A stretch of 64,000 nt of DNA from the IMG/VR virus record IMGVR_UViG_3300046542_000168, positions 43,408-107,407 of that record. One strand, written 5' to 3'. The translations under genes were made by a program, and so were the position numbers. Below, piece after piece: positions 16,370 to 26,200 of this stretch (position 1 is its first letter; each line of letters starts with the position of its first letter). Under the pieces are notes generated by a model that saw only the letters and a program-made list of their open reading frames with translations, had not been told where the DNA came from and did not search any database. This stretch comes from a virus.

Positions 16370-16747
16370 ATGGCTAAATTTAAGATTGCCCAGAATCCAA
16401 CATTCACTACTACCGTATCTATTCCACGGGTTGGTGGTGATCCGATTGATGTACCGTTCACATTTCGCAACCTAGGCCGTACCCAGCTCGCTGCTGTTTA
16501 CGACAAGTGGAGCGATGCAGCTAGCCAATTCTCGCTAGATGACGATGACATTACATTTACATCGCTGGCTGATGCCGACAAGACCGTCCAGGCACAGCAA
16601 ATTAAAGATATCGTGCTGAGCTGGGGATTCGAAGATGACTTCAATGAAGAAAACATCCTCGCCCTTTGCGACACATGCACCCTTGCTGCACAGGCTATTG
16701 TTGAAGCGTACCGTAAAGAGTATGCCGAGGCCCGCCTAAAAAACTAA
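16370..16747 (+). CDS. tail assembly chaperone (gpG-like)
   Basis: MAKFKIAQNPTF...WGFEDDFNEEN; slippery site at the stop. Confidence 0.85.
   Translation: MAKFKIAQNPTFTTTVSIPRVGGDPIDVPFTFRNLGRTQLAAVYDKWSDAASQFSLDDDDITFTSLADADKTVQAQQIKDIVLSWGFEDDFNEENILALCDTCTLAAQAIVEAYRKEYAEARLKN
16738..16744 (+). other. programmed -1 frameshift site A-AAA-AAC
   Basis: the -1 frame is open (LRSAARALYD...) into the 16795 ORF. Confidence 0.8.
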
Positions 16748-16794
16748 GAAGCGCCGCCCGTGCGCTATACGACAGAGCCCCAGACGCTAACAAG

Positions 16795-17064
16795 ATGGCG
16801 GCCTGGGGCTTTTCTATGGGCGACTTGCTAGAAGAAGAGATTGAACTATGGCCAGACTGTTGGCCTGCATTCCTTATCTTCGAAGCAATGTCCACTCAAT
16901 GGAGAGTCGGTATGGGCGGTGCTATCGGTCTTGACTATCAGGCCCTTCCCGTCGTTGTGAAGTACCTCGAAGTCGATGAACAAGATATGCCCCTGGCGTT
17001 TAATGACATTCGCGTAATGGAAGCGGAAGCTCTGAAGAAGATGGCCGAGGGGAGAGATAAGTAA
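16795..17064 (+). CDS. tail chaperone frameshift extension (gpT-like, DUF1799-like)
   Basis: WP..WPA..F.AMSTQWRVGMGGA.GLDY. Confidence 0.8.
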   Translation: MAAWGFSMGDLLEEEIELWPDCWPAFLIFEAMSTQWRVGMGGAIGLDYQALPVVVKYLEVDEQDMPLAFNDIRVMEAEALKKMAEGRDK

Positions 17065-17078
17065 GACTTGGAGACACA

Positions 17079-20000
17079 ATGACATATATTGCTAATTTGC
17101 AAATCAAGGTTGACTCCACGGAAGTTGAATCAGCCACAGATAAACTTCATGAACTGATCCAGGCTTCTAAGGGCCTGGGCAACAGTCCTCTCTCGAAACC
17201 ACTTCCCCCTGTTAAGCCGCCTCCACAGCCGAAGCAACCTAAGAGTAGTCCAGATGATAAGTCTGCTGATAAGCTCCTGGCTCAGATTGATAAACAGACC
17301 GGTAGCCTACAGAAACTGACTAAGCAGCAGTCCATGCTTAATCAGGCCCGTGATGCTGGTACTGTATCTGATGATAGCTTTGCTAAATACAATCAGATTA
17401 TCGAGACAAACAAGAAGGCAGTACTCGACCGGGGTAATGTTGTAGAGCAAGCCAGCAAGAAGGAAATCGCTGCTGAGCAAGCCCGCCTCGATGCGTGGTA
17501 CAAAAGTGCTGATGGACGTAAAACGGTTGACTCAGAGTATCTAGACTCACTTGCAAAAGGCTCCCAGGCTCGCCAGAAGAGAGTTGCGGAAGAAGATGCC
17601 AGCGAGCGTCAGCGCCTTGATAGCTGGTTCGCTAACGCGGACAAACAAAAGAAGGCCGAAGCTAAGGATATTGAAGACCGGCATTCAGCTCTTGCAACAG
17701 CTTCGAAAGATCGAATTAAACAAGAAGCGGCTGCTCAAAAAGCCCGTGATGCTATTGACAAAGCGAAAAAGGATAGTACACTTGCGGCATCTAAAGCAGA
17801 TGATGATGCAGCCGCAAAAGCTGAACTAGCCTCGAAGAAACGTCAGAAGGCGTTGGACGATGAGGCTAAAGGTTTACAGAACCTTCTAGCAGCAATTGAC
17901 CCTGTTACAAAAGAGCGTCAACGCCTCGCTAAGCTAGAAGCTGAGTTAGAGAAAAATTACAGTAGCGGTAAAATCACTGAGCAACAACGCGGCCAATACC
18001 AGTCGGTAATTGACGAAGCTCGGCAGAAGACTGACCGCTATAAAAACTCCCTAGGCCGAACTGCCCTGACTGCTAAGCAGCTTCAGATGGCACAAGCTGG
18101 CCTCCCCGCTCAGTTTACTGACATTGCTGTTTCCCTTCAGGGTGGACAAGCGCCGCTAACTGTCTTCCTGCAACAGGGCGGGCAGATTAAGGACATGTTC
18201 GGTGGAACAGTCCCTGCAATTAAGGGTGTTACATCGGCATTTGTCGGTCTGATTAATCCTATTACTATCCTCGGCGCCACGGTCCTAGCACTTGGCGGTA
18301 TCTGGTATGACGCTGAGCGCCGGATGTCTGCTCTCAATGCGGCCATCTATAAAGGCAATGAATTGGTCGGAACTTCTAAGTTCGGGCTTGAGGTAATTGC
18401 TGAAGGTGCAACTGTTGCTGGCAACTCTGTTGCTGAAGCTCAAGAGGCCATCACGGCCCTGGCTGCAACTGGTGAAGTATCCTCTAGCCGTCTCGCTAAC
18501 TTCGGTAAGGCCGCTCAGGCTATCGCTGTAACGTCTGGTAAAGACATTAGTGCAGTAGCTGAAGAGATGGCAACCCTGGGCGACACGGCCACAGAGAAGG
18601 CTGAGAAGCTTAGTGAGAAGTACGCGATTGTAACTGCTGAACAGTATGAAACAATCCGTGCCCTGGAGAAGAAAGGCGAAACTGAAGAGGCAATGGACGT
18701 ACTTAGTTCAAGCCTCGCAGGAAACGCTCAGGAACGCTTGCAGCGCTACCGTGACTCCCTCTCCGACCTCGAAAGAGATTGGATGGATGTTAAGACCGCG
18801 ATCAGCAATGCCTATGGCGCAGTTCGTGCGGAACTCTTCCCCGACCTCAACGATGAGATTACCCAACTTCAGCGTATTATCAAGACGCGGAAAGAAGGTG
18901 GTGTAACTGGCACTATCTCTAGCTTCCTCGGCTTCGGTGATAATTCAGACGAAGCTCTGAGCCAGCAACTACAGTCGCTAATTAATCGCAGAGACTTTAA
19001 GAACAAGTATGATGCGGAAGTTGCTCGCCGCAATCAGGCCAACAAAGAAGTAGTTGAGTCTGAGAAAAAGCTATTCAAGGATCTTGAGAAAGCTGGCAAG
19101 ACCGTCAAGAAGAACGAATACCTTGAAGACCTCAATAAGGAATTCGATTCTCTTGTTGAGAATGCTAAGACTCTTAAAACTATCCCTAAACTGCTGGAAG
19201 GCGTCACATGGACGACAGAAGGTGGATACAAGGGTGGTGCCTACGATACCCTGAAAGCTGAAGCTGAGCGTAAGTTTAAAGAGAAACAGCCTAAAACTCC
19301 TAAGTCCGCTATCCTAGATAACACTGACGCTAACGAGTTCCAGAATCAAGTTAACGAAGTTAAAGCCCGCTATAAGTCGATGAATGAGGACATCATTCAG
19401 GCACAGAACGCTGGCACAATTTCAATGGCTGCTGGTGTAACTAAGCGTAAAGCTCTACTGGAGCAAGAAGCTACCCAGGTTAAAGATGCCTATGAGAAGC
19501 AGATTGCTTCCCTTGAGGCATTGAAGGGCAGTAAGAACATCTCTGCCAATCAGGTTATCTCGATTGATCGTCAGATTGCTGATGCTCGCTCGAAGATGGT
19601 TGTTGCCCAGGAAGAGTCTGAGAAGCAACTGAAGAAGCTTGCCGGTGATGAAGAGACTCGCCTTAAAAAGCAGAGTCAAGCAATCTCCGCATACGCTGAA
19701 AACCTCAATCAGATGGTGAAGAACCTCGAAGTTGCTGGCCAGCGTCAACGTGCTGCTCTATCAATGAGCAGTGGGCAGGCCGGACTTCAGGACCAACTTA
19801 GCTCGGAAGATGACCGTTACAACGAAGAGCAACGTACTCTTACCCTGCAACTGGGTGAGGCTGGACGCGACCAGACTGAAGTAATTGCTAACTTGCGGGC
19901 TTCTGCTGCCGCTCACACTGCTATGAAAAAGCAGATCGTTACCAACTACGAAGAGATGAAAGCCGCCCAGGCTGATTGGGGAGCCGGTGTTAGTAGCGCC

Positions 20001-20690
20001 TTCCACCAATATATCGAAGACGGTCAGAACTACGCTCAGATGACGAATCAGGCGTTCACAAGTGCCTTTACAGGTATGGAAGACGCACTGGTTAACTTCG
20101 TTACAACTGGCAAGCTCTCCTTCGCTGACCTAACTAAATCCATCCTCGCTGATATGGCACGTATTGCTGTCCGCATTGCTGCGTCTAGAGCGCTTATGGC
20201 GATCTTCCAGGTATGGGGTGGACCTAAGACTGCTGATACGGCTTCGATGAACAGTGCTACAGCTTATGGCGACGGCATCGCAGCGGCGAAAGGTGCGGCC
20301 TTCGACGGCGGTACTCAGTACTTCGCTAAAGGCGGATCGTTCACCAACTCAATCGTAAGTAAGCCTACATCGTTCGCTACCAACAAGAGCAACAACAATG
20401 TAATGGGTGAAGCTGGGCCAGAGGCGATTATGCCGCTGACTCGCTCTGCCGATGGTTCGTTGGGTGTTCGTGCTTCGGTCGATGTATCTGGCCTACAGCA
20501 AGGTGGAGGAAGTGGTGTACAGGTTTACATCACTGTTGACGGTCAAGGGAATACGAAAAGCTCAGCTACTGATTCTGGCTACTCGTCGTTCGGTAATGAT
20601 GTTGGTCAGTTTGTTGACCAGCGTTATAAGCAACTCATCAGCAAAGACCTACAACCCGGTGGCGACATCTGGAAGTCAATGCAATCTTAA
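17079..20690 (+). CDS. tape measure protein
   Basis: 1203 aa helical; LPAQFTDI..SLQGGQ.P..V.LQQGGQ and lambda-type C-terminus MGEAGPEAIMPL. Confidence 0.93.
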   Translation: MTYIANLQIKVDSTEVESATDKLHELIQASKGLGNSPLSKPLPPVKPPPQPKQPKSSPDDKSADKLLAQIDKQTGSLQKLTKQQSMLNQARDAGTVSDDSFAKYNQIIETNKKAVLDRGNVVEQASKKEIAAEQARLDAWYKSADGRKTVDSEYLDSLAKGSQARQKRVAEEDASERQRLDSWFANADKQKKAEAKDIEDRHSALATASKDRIKQEAAAQKARDAIDKAKKDSTLAASKADDDAAAKAELASKKRQKALDDEAKGLQNLLAAIDPVTKERQRLAKLEAELEKNYSSGKITEQQRGQYQSVIDEARQKTDRYKNSLGRTALTAKQLQMAQAGLPAQFTDIAVSLQGGQAPLTVFLQQGGQIKDMFGGTVPAIKGVTSAFVGLINPITILGATVLALGGIWYDAERRMSALNAAIYKGNELVGTSKFGLEVIAEGATVAGNSVAEAQEAITALAATGEVSSSRLANFGKAAQAIAVTSGKDISAVAEEMATLGDTATEKAEKLSEKYAIVTAEQYETIRALEKKGETEEAMDVLSSSLAGNAQERLQRYRDSLSDLERDWMDVKTAISNAYGAVRAELFPDLNDEITQLQRIIKTRKEGGVTGTISSFLGFGDNSDEALSQQLQSLINRRDFKNKYDAEVARRNQANKEVVESEKKLFKDLEKAGKTVKKNEYLEDLNKEFDSLVENAKTLKTIPKLLEGVTWTTEGGYKGGAYDTLKAEAERKFKEKQPKTPKSAILDNTDANEFQNQVNEVKARYKSMNEDIIQAQNAGTISMAAGVTKRKALLEQEATQVKDAYEKQIASLEALKGSKNISANQVISIDRQIADARSKMVVAQEESEKQLKKLAGDEETRLKKQSQAISAYAENLNQMVKNLEVAGQRQRAALSMSSGQAGLQDQLSSEDDRYNEEQRTLTLQLGEAGRDQTEVIANLRASAAAHTAMKKQIVTNYEEMKAAQADWGAGVSSAFHQYIEDGQNYAQMTNQAFTSAFTGMEDALVNFVTTGKLSFADLTKSILADMARIAVRIAASRALMAIFQVWGGPKTADTASMNSATAYGDGIAAAKGAAFDGGTQYFAKGGSFTNSIVSKPTSFATNKSNNNVMGEAGPEAIMPLTRSADGSLGVRASVDVSGLQQGGGSGVQVYITVDGQGNTKSSATDSGYSSFGNDVGQFVDQRYKQLISKDLQPGGDIWKSMQS

Positions 20691-20731
20691 AATAGGGGGC
20701 TCTCGGGCCCCTTATTCTTTCAAGGGTAGTT

Positions 20732-21070
20732 ATGGCAACTTCAACATTCACTTGGGTAGTAAGTACCCAGGCCACATCAACTATGGGCTACACCATCCGT
20801 TCTGCACAGTTCGGTGATGGGTATAGTCAAGATGTTGGTGAAGGCGTAAACAATAAAACTGAATCCTGGGAAGTCTCGTTTACCGGCAGTGACACTGAAG
20901 TGCTTGCCATTATGAGCTTCCTCGATTCCATGGCTGGATACAAGTCCTTCTTCTGGACAAATCCACTCGGCCAACTCGGCCTGTATAAGTGTAAAGACCC
21001 TAAGCCTACAGAACTAGGTGGGAATACTTTCAGCTTCTCAGGCACATTCACTAAAGCATACGCAGCTTAA
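20732..21070 (+). CDS. distal tail protein (lambda gpM-like)
   Basis: AQFGDGYSQ...G.NN, F.WTNP. Confidence 0.88.
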   Translation: MATSTFTWVVSTQATSTMGYTIRSAQFGDGYSQDVGEGVNNKTESWEVSFTGSDTEVLAIMSFLDSMAGYKSFFWTNPLGQLGLYKCKDPKPTELGGNTFSFSGTFTKAYAA

Positions 21071-21082
21071 CTAGGAGGGCCA

Positions 21083-21814
21083 ATGCCGATCAAGTTAGAC
21101 GTGCAGAAGCTCGAACCGGGGCAACGTGTCCGGCTAGTCGAAGTTGACTGTACAGAATTTAATGGTCCTGTGATGCACTTCCATAACTACAATGTGGAGT
21201 ACACTCAGGCAGAACTTCTAGCGGCTCAAACTGCTGGAACAGAACTAACCCCAAAGAAAATTACGTGGAAGGGTCAAGCATATGATTGCTGGCCTTACGA
21301 TATTGACGGGATCGAACTAGATGGTACTGGTTCAACCGCATCTCCTAACCTGACAGTCGCTAACGTTGATTCAACTATTAGCTCGCTCTGTCTGGCTCTC
21401 AATGACCTTGCACAAGCCAAGGTAACAATTCACATCACCTTCCAGCATTATCTAGATGGTGAGCCTGGGGCAGACCCGACACAAGAGTTTACTCAAGTCT
21501 GGTATATCGACCGCAAGACTAATGAAGATAACGTTTCCATCTCTTGGAGCCTATCTAACCCAGCGGACACTACAGGCAAACTTATCCCTGCTCGCCAGAT
21601 CCACGGTATCTGCTATTGGATGTTGCAGGGACAATACCGTGGTGCTGATTGCGGATATACCGGCACAGCATACTTCGATGCTGACGGGAACTCAGTAGCT
21701 AACCCAGCCCTGGACAGACCATCTGGTCTTCTATCCACATGCTGCAAGGTACGCTTCGGTGCAAGTAACCCCCTCCCCTTCGGTGGTTTTCCTGCATCAG
21801 CACTTATGAACTAA
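21083..21814 (+). CDS. tail tip protein (lambda gpL-like)
   Basis: IPARQI..C.W...YRG.DCGY, CC..RFG, PFGGFP. Confidence 0.9.
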   Translation: MPIKLDVQKLEPGQRVRLVEVDCTEFNGPVMHFHNYNVEYTQAELLAAQTAGTELTPKKITWKGQAYDCWPYDIDGIELDGTGSTASPNLTVANVDSTISSLCLALNDLAQAKVTIHITFQHYLDGEPGADPTQEFTQVWYIDRKTNEDNVSISWSLSNPADTTGKLIPARQIHGICYWMLQGQYRGADCGYTGTAYFDADGNSVANPALDRPSGLLSTCCKVRFGASNPLPFGGFPASALMN

Positions 21815-21822
21815 GGAAATAC

Positions 21823-22644
21823 ATGGAAGTATTTGATAACGAGAATTTGCGTGAGGATATTCGTCGTCACGCAGCCAGGGAATATCCACGGGAAAGCTGT
21901 GGCGTCATCGTGAGTATTCAAGGCGTACCTCAGTACTTCCCTTGCAAGAATATCTCTGAAGATCCTACGCAAGAGTTCCAGATGTGCCCAGAGGATATGA
22001 CTGATGCTATGGACCTGGGAGAACTGGAGGCCATTGTGCATTCACACCCAGACGCCACAAGCCAGCCTAGCACTTTCGACCTGGCCTTCATGGAGCGCTA
22101 TTACGCTCTTGAGCGCCTTCTAGACCCTGACGCACTACCTACTCCATGGATCATCGTATCGTGGCCTGACGGAGACTTCAGGCAGGTTGTAGCCCAGGGC
22201 GGCGTACCTCTCACCGGAAGAGAGTTTGTTCATGGCCTACATGACTGCTGGCAATGCTGTGCAGATTATTACCATCGGACATCCGGCCTCACCTTCCCCA
22301 ACTTCGAACGTGAAGATAATTGGTGGGAGAATAAAGAGGGAGTGTCGCACTATGAAGACAACTTCCTTTCTTGCGGATTCTATAAAGTACCGCTAGACGA
22401 AATTAAAGTAGGTGATCTAATAGTAATGCAAATAGGGCGAACTTATCACCCTAACCACGCAGCTATCTACCTCGGCAATACACCAAAGCTTCCTGATGAA
22501 GAGTTGGATGTATTCGGTCAAGGGCCATTCATCCTACACCATATGTATGCACGAAAATCTGCCGTTGAAATCTACGGCGGACAGTGGCTACACCGTACAT
22601 CATTTGTTTTAAGGCACAAAGATTATGTCGGAGAGACTAGTTAA
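21823..22644 (+). CDS. tail tip assembly protein (gpK-like, MPN + NlpC/P60)
   Basis: YPRESCG, VHSHPD, DCW, NHAAIY. Confidence 0.9.
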   Translation: MEVFDNENLREDIRRHAAREYPRESCGVIVSIQGVPQYFPCKNISEDPTQEFQMCPEDMTDAMDLGELEAIVHSHPDATSQPSTFDLAFMERYYALERLLDPDALPTPWIIVSWPDGDFRQVVAQGGVPLTGREFVHGLHDCWQCCADYYHRTSGLTFPNFEREDNWWENKEGVSHYEDNFLSCGFYKVPLDEIKVGDLIVMQIGRTYHPNHAAIYLGNTPKLPDEELDVFGQGPFILHHMYARKSAVEIYGGQWLHRTSFVLRHKDYVGETS

Positions 22645-23260
22645 AGTAAAACTCTACGGCCACTTGCGAAAGTTCGGGCGAGAGTTCGAAGTATCTGTTA
22701 AGAGCCCAGCGGAAGCTGTACACGCACTTAGTGTGATGCTTCCAGGCTTCAAGCACTTCATTGAAACATCAGAACATCGTGGAATGGCCTTTGCTATTTT
22801 CAATGGCAAAAGGAATATCACTGAGGAAGAACTTACGCTAGGTGCGAAAGACGAGATTCGTATTGCCCCTGTGTATGGTGGCCGTAAGAACAGTGGTGGC
22901 TTCGCCGTAGTTGTTGGTATCGCTCTGATGGCCATTGCCACAGTTATGACTGGTGGTATTGCTGGCCTTGCTTCAGCGGGTGCTTGGGGTGCTGCCCTGG
23001 GTGGTACTGGTGGAGCCTTCGCGGGTGCTATCGCTATGACAGGCTTCGCGATGGCAGTTGGTGGAGTCATTCAAATGCTCACCCCTACAGCTAACACTGG
23101 CTTGAAGACAAGTAGCGATAGCGAGAACACATCGGCCTACGCATTCGGCGGGCCAGTTAACACCACAGCACAAGGCACACCAGTCGGCCTCCTATATGGA
23201 GAGCGAGAAATTGGTGGGGCAGTGATTTCAGCCGGAATCTTCGCAGAGGACCGGACGTAA
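22625..23260 (+). CDS. tail assembly protein (gpI-like)
   Basis: LYG.L..FG, YAFGGPVNTTAQG.PV..YG. Confidence 0.9.
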   Translation: MSERLVKVKLYGHLRKFGREFEVSVKSPAEAVHALSVMLPGFKHFIETSEHRGMAFAIFNGKRNITEEELTLGAKDEIRIAPVYGGRKNSGGFAVVVGIALMAIATVMTGGIAGLASAGAWGAALGGTGGAFAGAIAMTGFAMAVGGVIQMLTPTANTGLKTSSDSENTSAYAFGGPVNTTAQGTPVGLLYGEREIGGAVISAGIFAEDRT

Positions 23261-23270
23261 GAGGAATATA

Positions 23271-26200
23271 ATGGAACAAGTTATCCTACAAGGCCACAAG
23301 GGCGGCGATAGTAAAGCTCACACGCCTGTCGAGGAAAAGAATACCCTGCTATCGAAGTCTTACGCTAAATTGCTTCTGGCAATTGGTGAAGGTGAGTTCG
23401 CAGGAACCCCAACCGCTGAAAACATCTTCCTCGATGGCACCCCTCTTAAAAGTGCTGGTGGTCTAGATAACTTCGGTGGAGTTAAGTGGGACTACCGTTC
23501 TGGTCGTTCTGACCAGACATACATCACTGGCTTACCAGACATCTCTAATGAGTTCGCCGTCAATCTAGCATTGACTGATGCAACTCCCTGGACACGCCTG
23601 ATTAGCACGCAGCAGATCGATGCCGTTCGTATTACCCTGGCATGGCCAGCAGTGTATGAGCAGAAAGACAACGGCGATGTCGTTGGATATAACATTGAGT
23701 ATGCTATCGATGTTTCCACTAATGGTGGAGCATATGCCGAGCAAGGTAAGTGGAGCACCAACAGCCAGAAGACTACTGTTGAGTACAACCGTACACACCG
23801 TATTAATCTACCTAAGCCTGGAACTTCATGGACAGTACGTGTCCGTCGTCTTACCCCGAACAAAAATAACGGTAAGTTCGGTGACATAATGTCCGTCAAG
23901 TCGGTTGCAGAAGTAATCGACGCCAAGCTTCGCTACCCTAACACAGCCCTTCTGTTCCTTGAGTTTGACGCAGAGGCTTTTGGTGGATCTTCAATCCCGA
24001 AAGTGTCTATCAAGACTAAGGGCCGATTGATTCAAGTACCATCTAACTATGACCCAGACACTAGAGTTTACTCTGGCGTGTGGAACGGTACTTTCAAATG
24101 GGCCTGGACTAACAACCCTGCCTGGGTTTTCTACGACCTAGTTATTAACGAACGCTTCGGCCTCGGTGCTCGCATTAAGCCAGACATGGTTGATAAGTGG
24201 ACCTTGTACCAAGTATCGCAATACTGCGACGTTATGGTATCGAACGGTAAAGGTGGCCAAGAGCCCCGTTACACTTGCAACATCTACATCCAGTCACGTA
24301 AAGAAGCGTGGCAAGTATTGCGTGACATTGTTTCCATCTTCAACGGTATGTTGCACTGGAGCGGTACACAGATTGTTGCAACGGCGGATATGCCTGTTGC
24401 AGTCAATACTCTGCGTACCTACAGCCGTAGCAACGTTGTCGAAGGTAAATTCATTTACGGATCTACATCAGAGAAAACAATCGCTACAACAGCCCTTGTC
24501 TCGTTTGACGATCCAGACAACCACTTCGAAACCGCTGTAGAGGCCGTTAACGACCTCAATCTAGTCCAGCGGTACAAGACGTGGAATCAGGCTGAAATCG
24601 CAGCCATGGGTGTTACAAGCCGTGGTCAGGCACAGCGTAAAGGTAAGTACACGATGCTTACCAACTCGTTGAACCGCATGGTTACATTCAAGCTCGGCCT
24701 GGAAGGTTATCTGCCACGCCCTGGTGAAGTAGTCGGAGTTGCTGACCAAGTGTTGGCAGGTTCTAACTTCTCCGGTCGTATCAGTGCTGCCACCATTAAG
24801 ACTGTGACCTGTGACCGTGTACCGAACGTAGTTGCCGGGGATATCCTGTACGTTAACAAACCTGATGGAACTACCGGCGAAGGTCGCACAGTCCAGAGTG
24901 TTAGCGGCAAGGTAATCACTGTTACAGCAAACTACTCTGCGATTCCTACTGTTGAACTCGGCTGGTATGTCGAGAAGACAACACTGAAGTCTCAGCTCTA
25001 TCGCATCACAAAAGTTACTTGGTCCGATAACGACGCTAAGTTCGAAGTTACCGGCGTGCAATACGAAGACAGCAAATATGCTGCCGTAGATAGTGGTGCT
25101 CGACTGGAGAGCCGCCCTATCACAACTATCCCGGCTGGTGGTCAGGCTGCTCCAACTGGTCTAACAATTTCAAGCTTTACTTACATTGAACAGACAATGG
25201 CTGTTACAACCCTTTCGGTTAAGTGGACTCCAGCAGTTGGGGCCATGAACTATGAAGGGCAATGGCGTAAGGATGGTGGTGACTGGAACAACGTTGGACT
25301 GACAGCAAGTACTGGGTTCGATGTTAAAGGTATTTATTCAGGAGCCTATCAGGCTCGTGTTCGAGCTATCAACGCCCTGGGCACTAAGTCTGTCTGGGTA
25401 GAGTCTACAAACACCCAGTTAACGGGTAAAGTTGGTGCTCCACCAACACTAACCGCCTTTACTACCCTACCGGAAATCTTCGGTATCCGCATCAACTGGG
25501 CATTCCAGGCTGGATCGGACGACGGCGCATTCATCCAGATTCAACAAGCAGACACCATCGCTGGTGGTAACACTACTGAGTTAACTCTAGTCGCCTACCC
25601 TGCTCAGACTTACGTTAAGTCCAACATGCTTGGTGGTGTAGTTAAGTTCTTTCGTGGCCGCTTGATTGACCGTACAGGAAACCAAGGCGCATGGACAGCC
25701 TGGACTTACGGTATCTCGGAATATGGTACAGATAAGATCCTTGAAGCGATTGTCGGTGAAATCAAAGAGACGCATCTAGGGCAAGAGTTGCTAACTGAGA
25801 TTGATAAGATCGAAGTAATCGAGCGCTCTAATGAACTGCTTGAAGCTCAACTTGGTGCAGCGGAAGCAAGTGTTGCGGAAGTTAAAGCTGCCGCTGATGC
25901 CGCTGTAGCTGACTTGAATAATAGTGTAACTCTGCTGAATGGCGACTTGTCGGCATTGCATACACAAGTAAACAACATCAAGGATGCCGCACTCTACGAC
26001 CCTACAAAGACATATGCGAAAGGAACTAGTGCCCGCGTTGGTGATCGCCTGTATCAAGCTAAGCAGGCTGTTCCGATTAACACTTCCCCACCTAACACCA
26101 CTTACTGGCTTGATGTCGGTCAAGTTATTGAAGAGGCAGGGGCTGTCGCTACACAGGTTGGATTGAACACCGTAGCAATTACGAATCAAGGTGGCACCCT

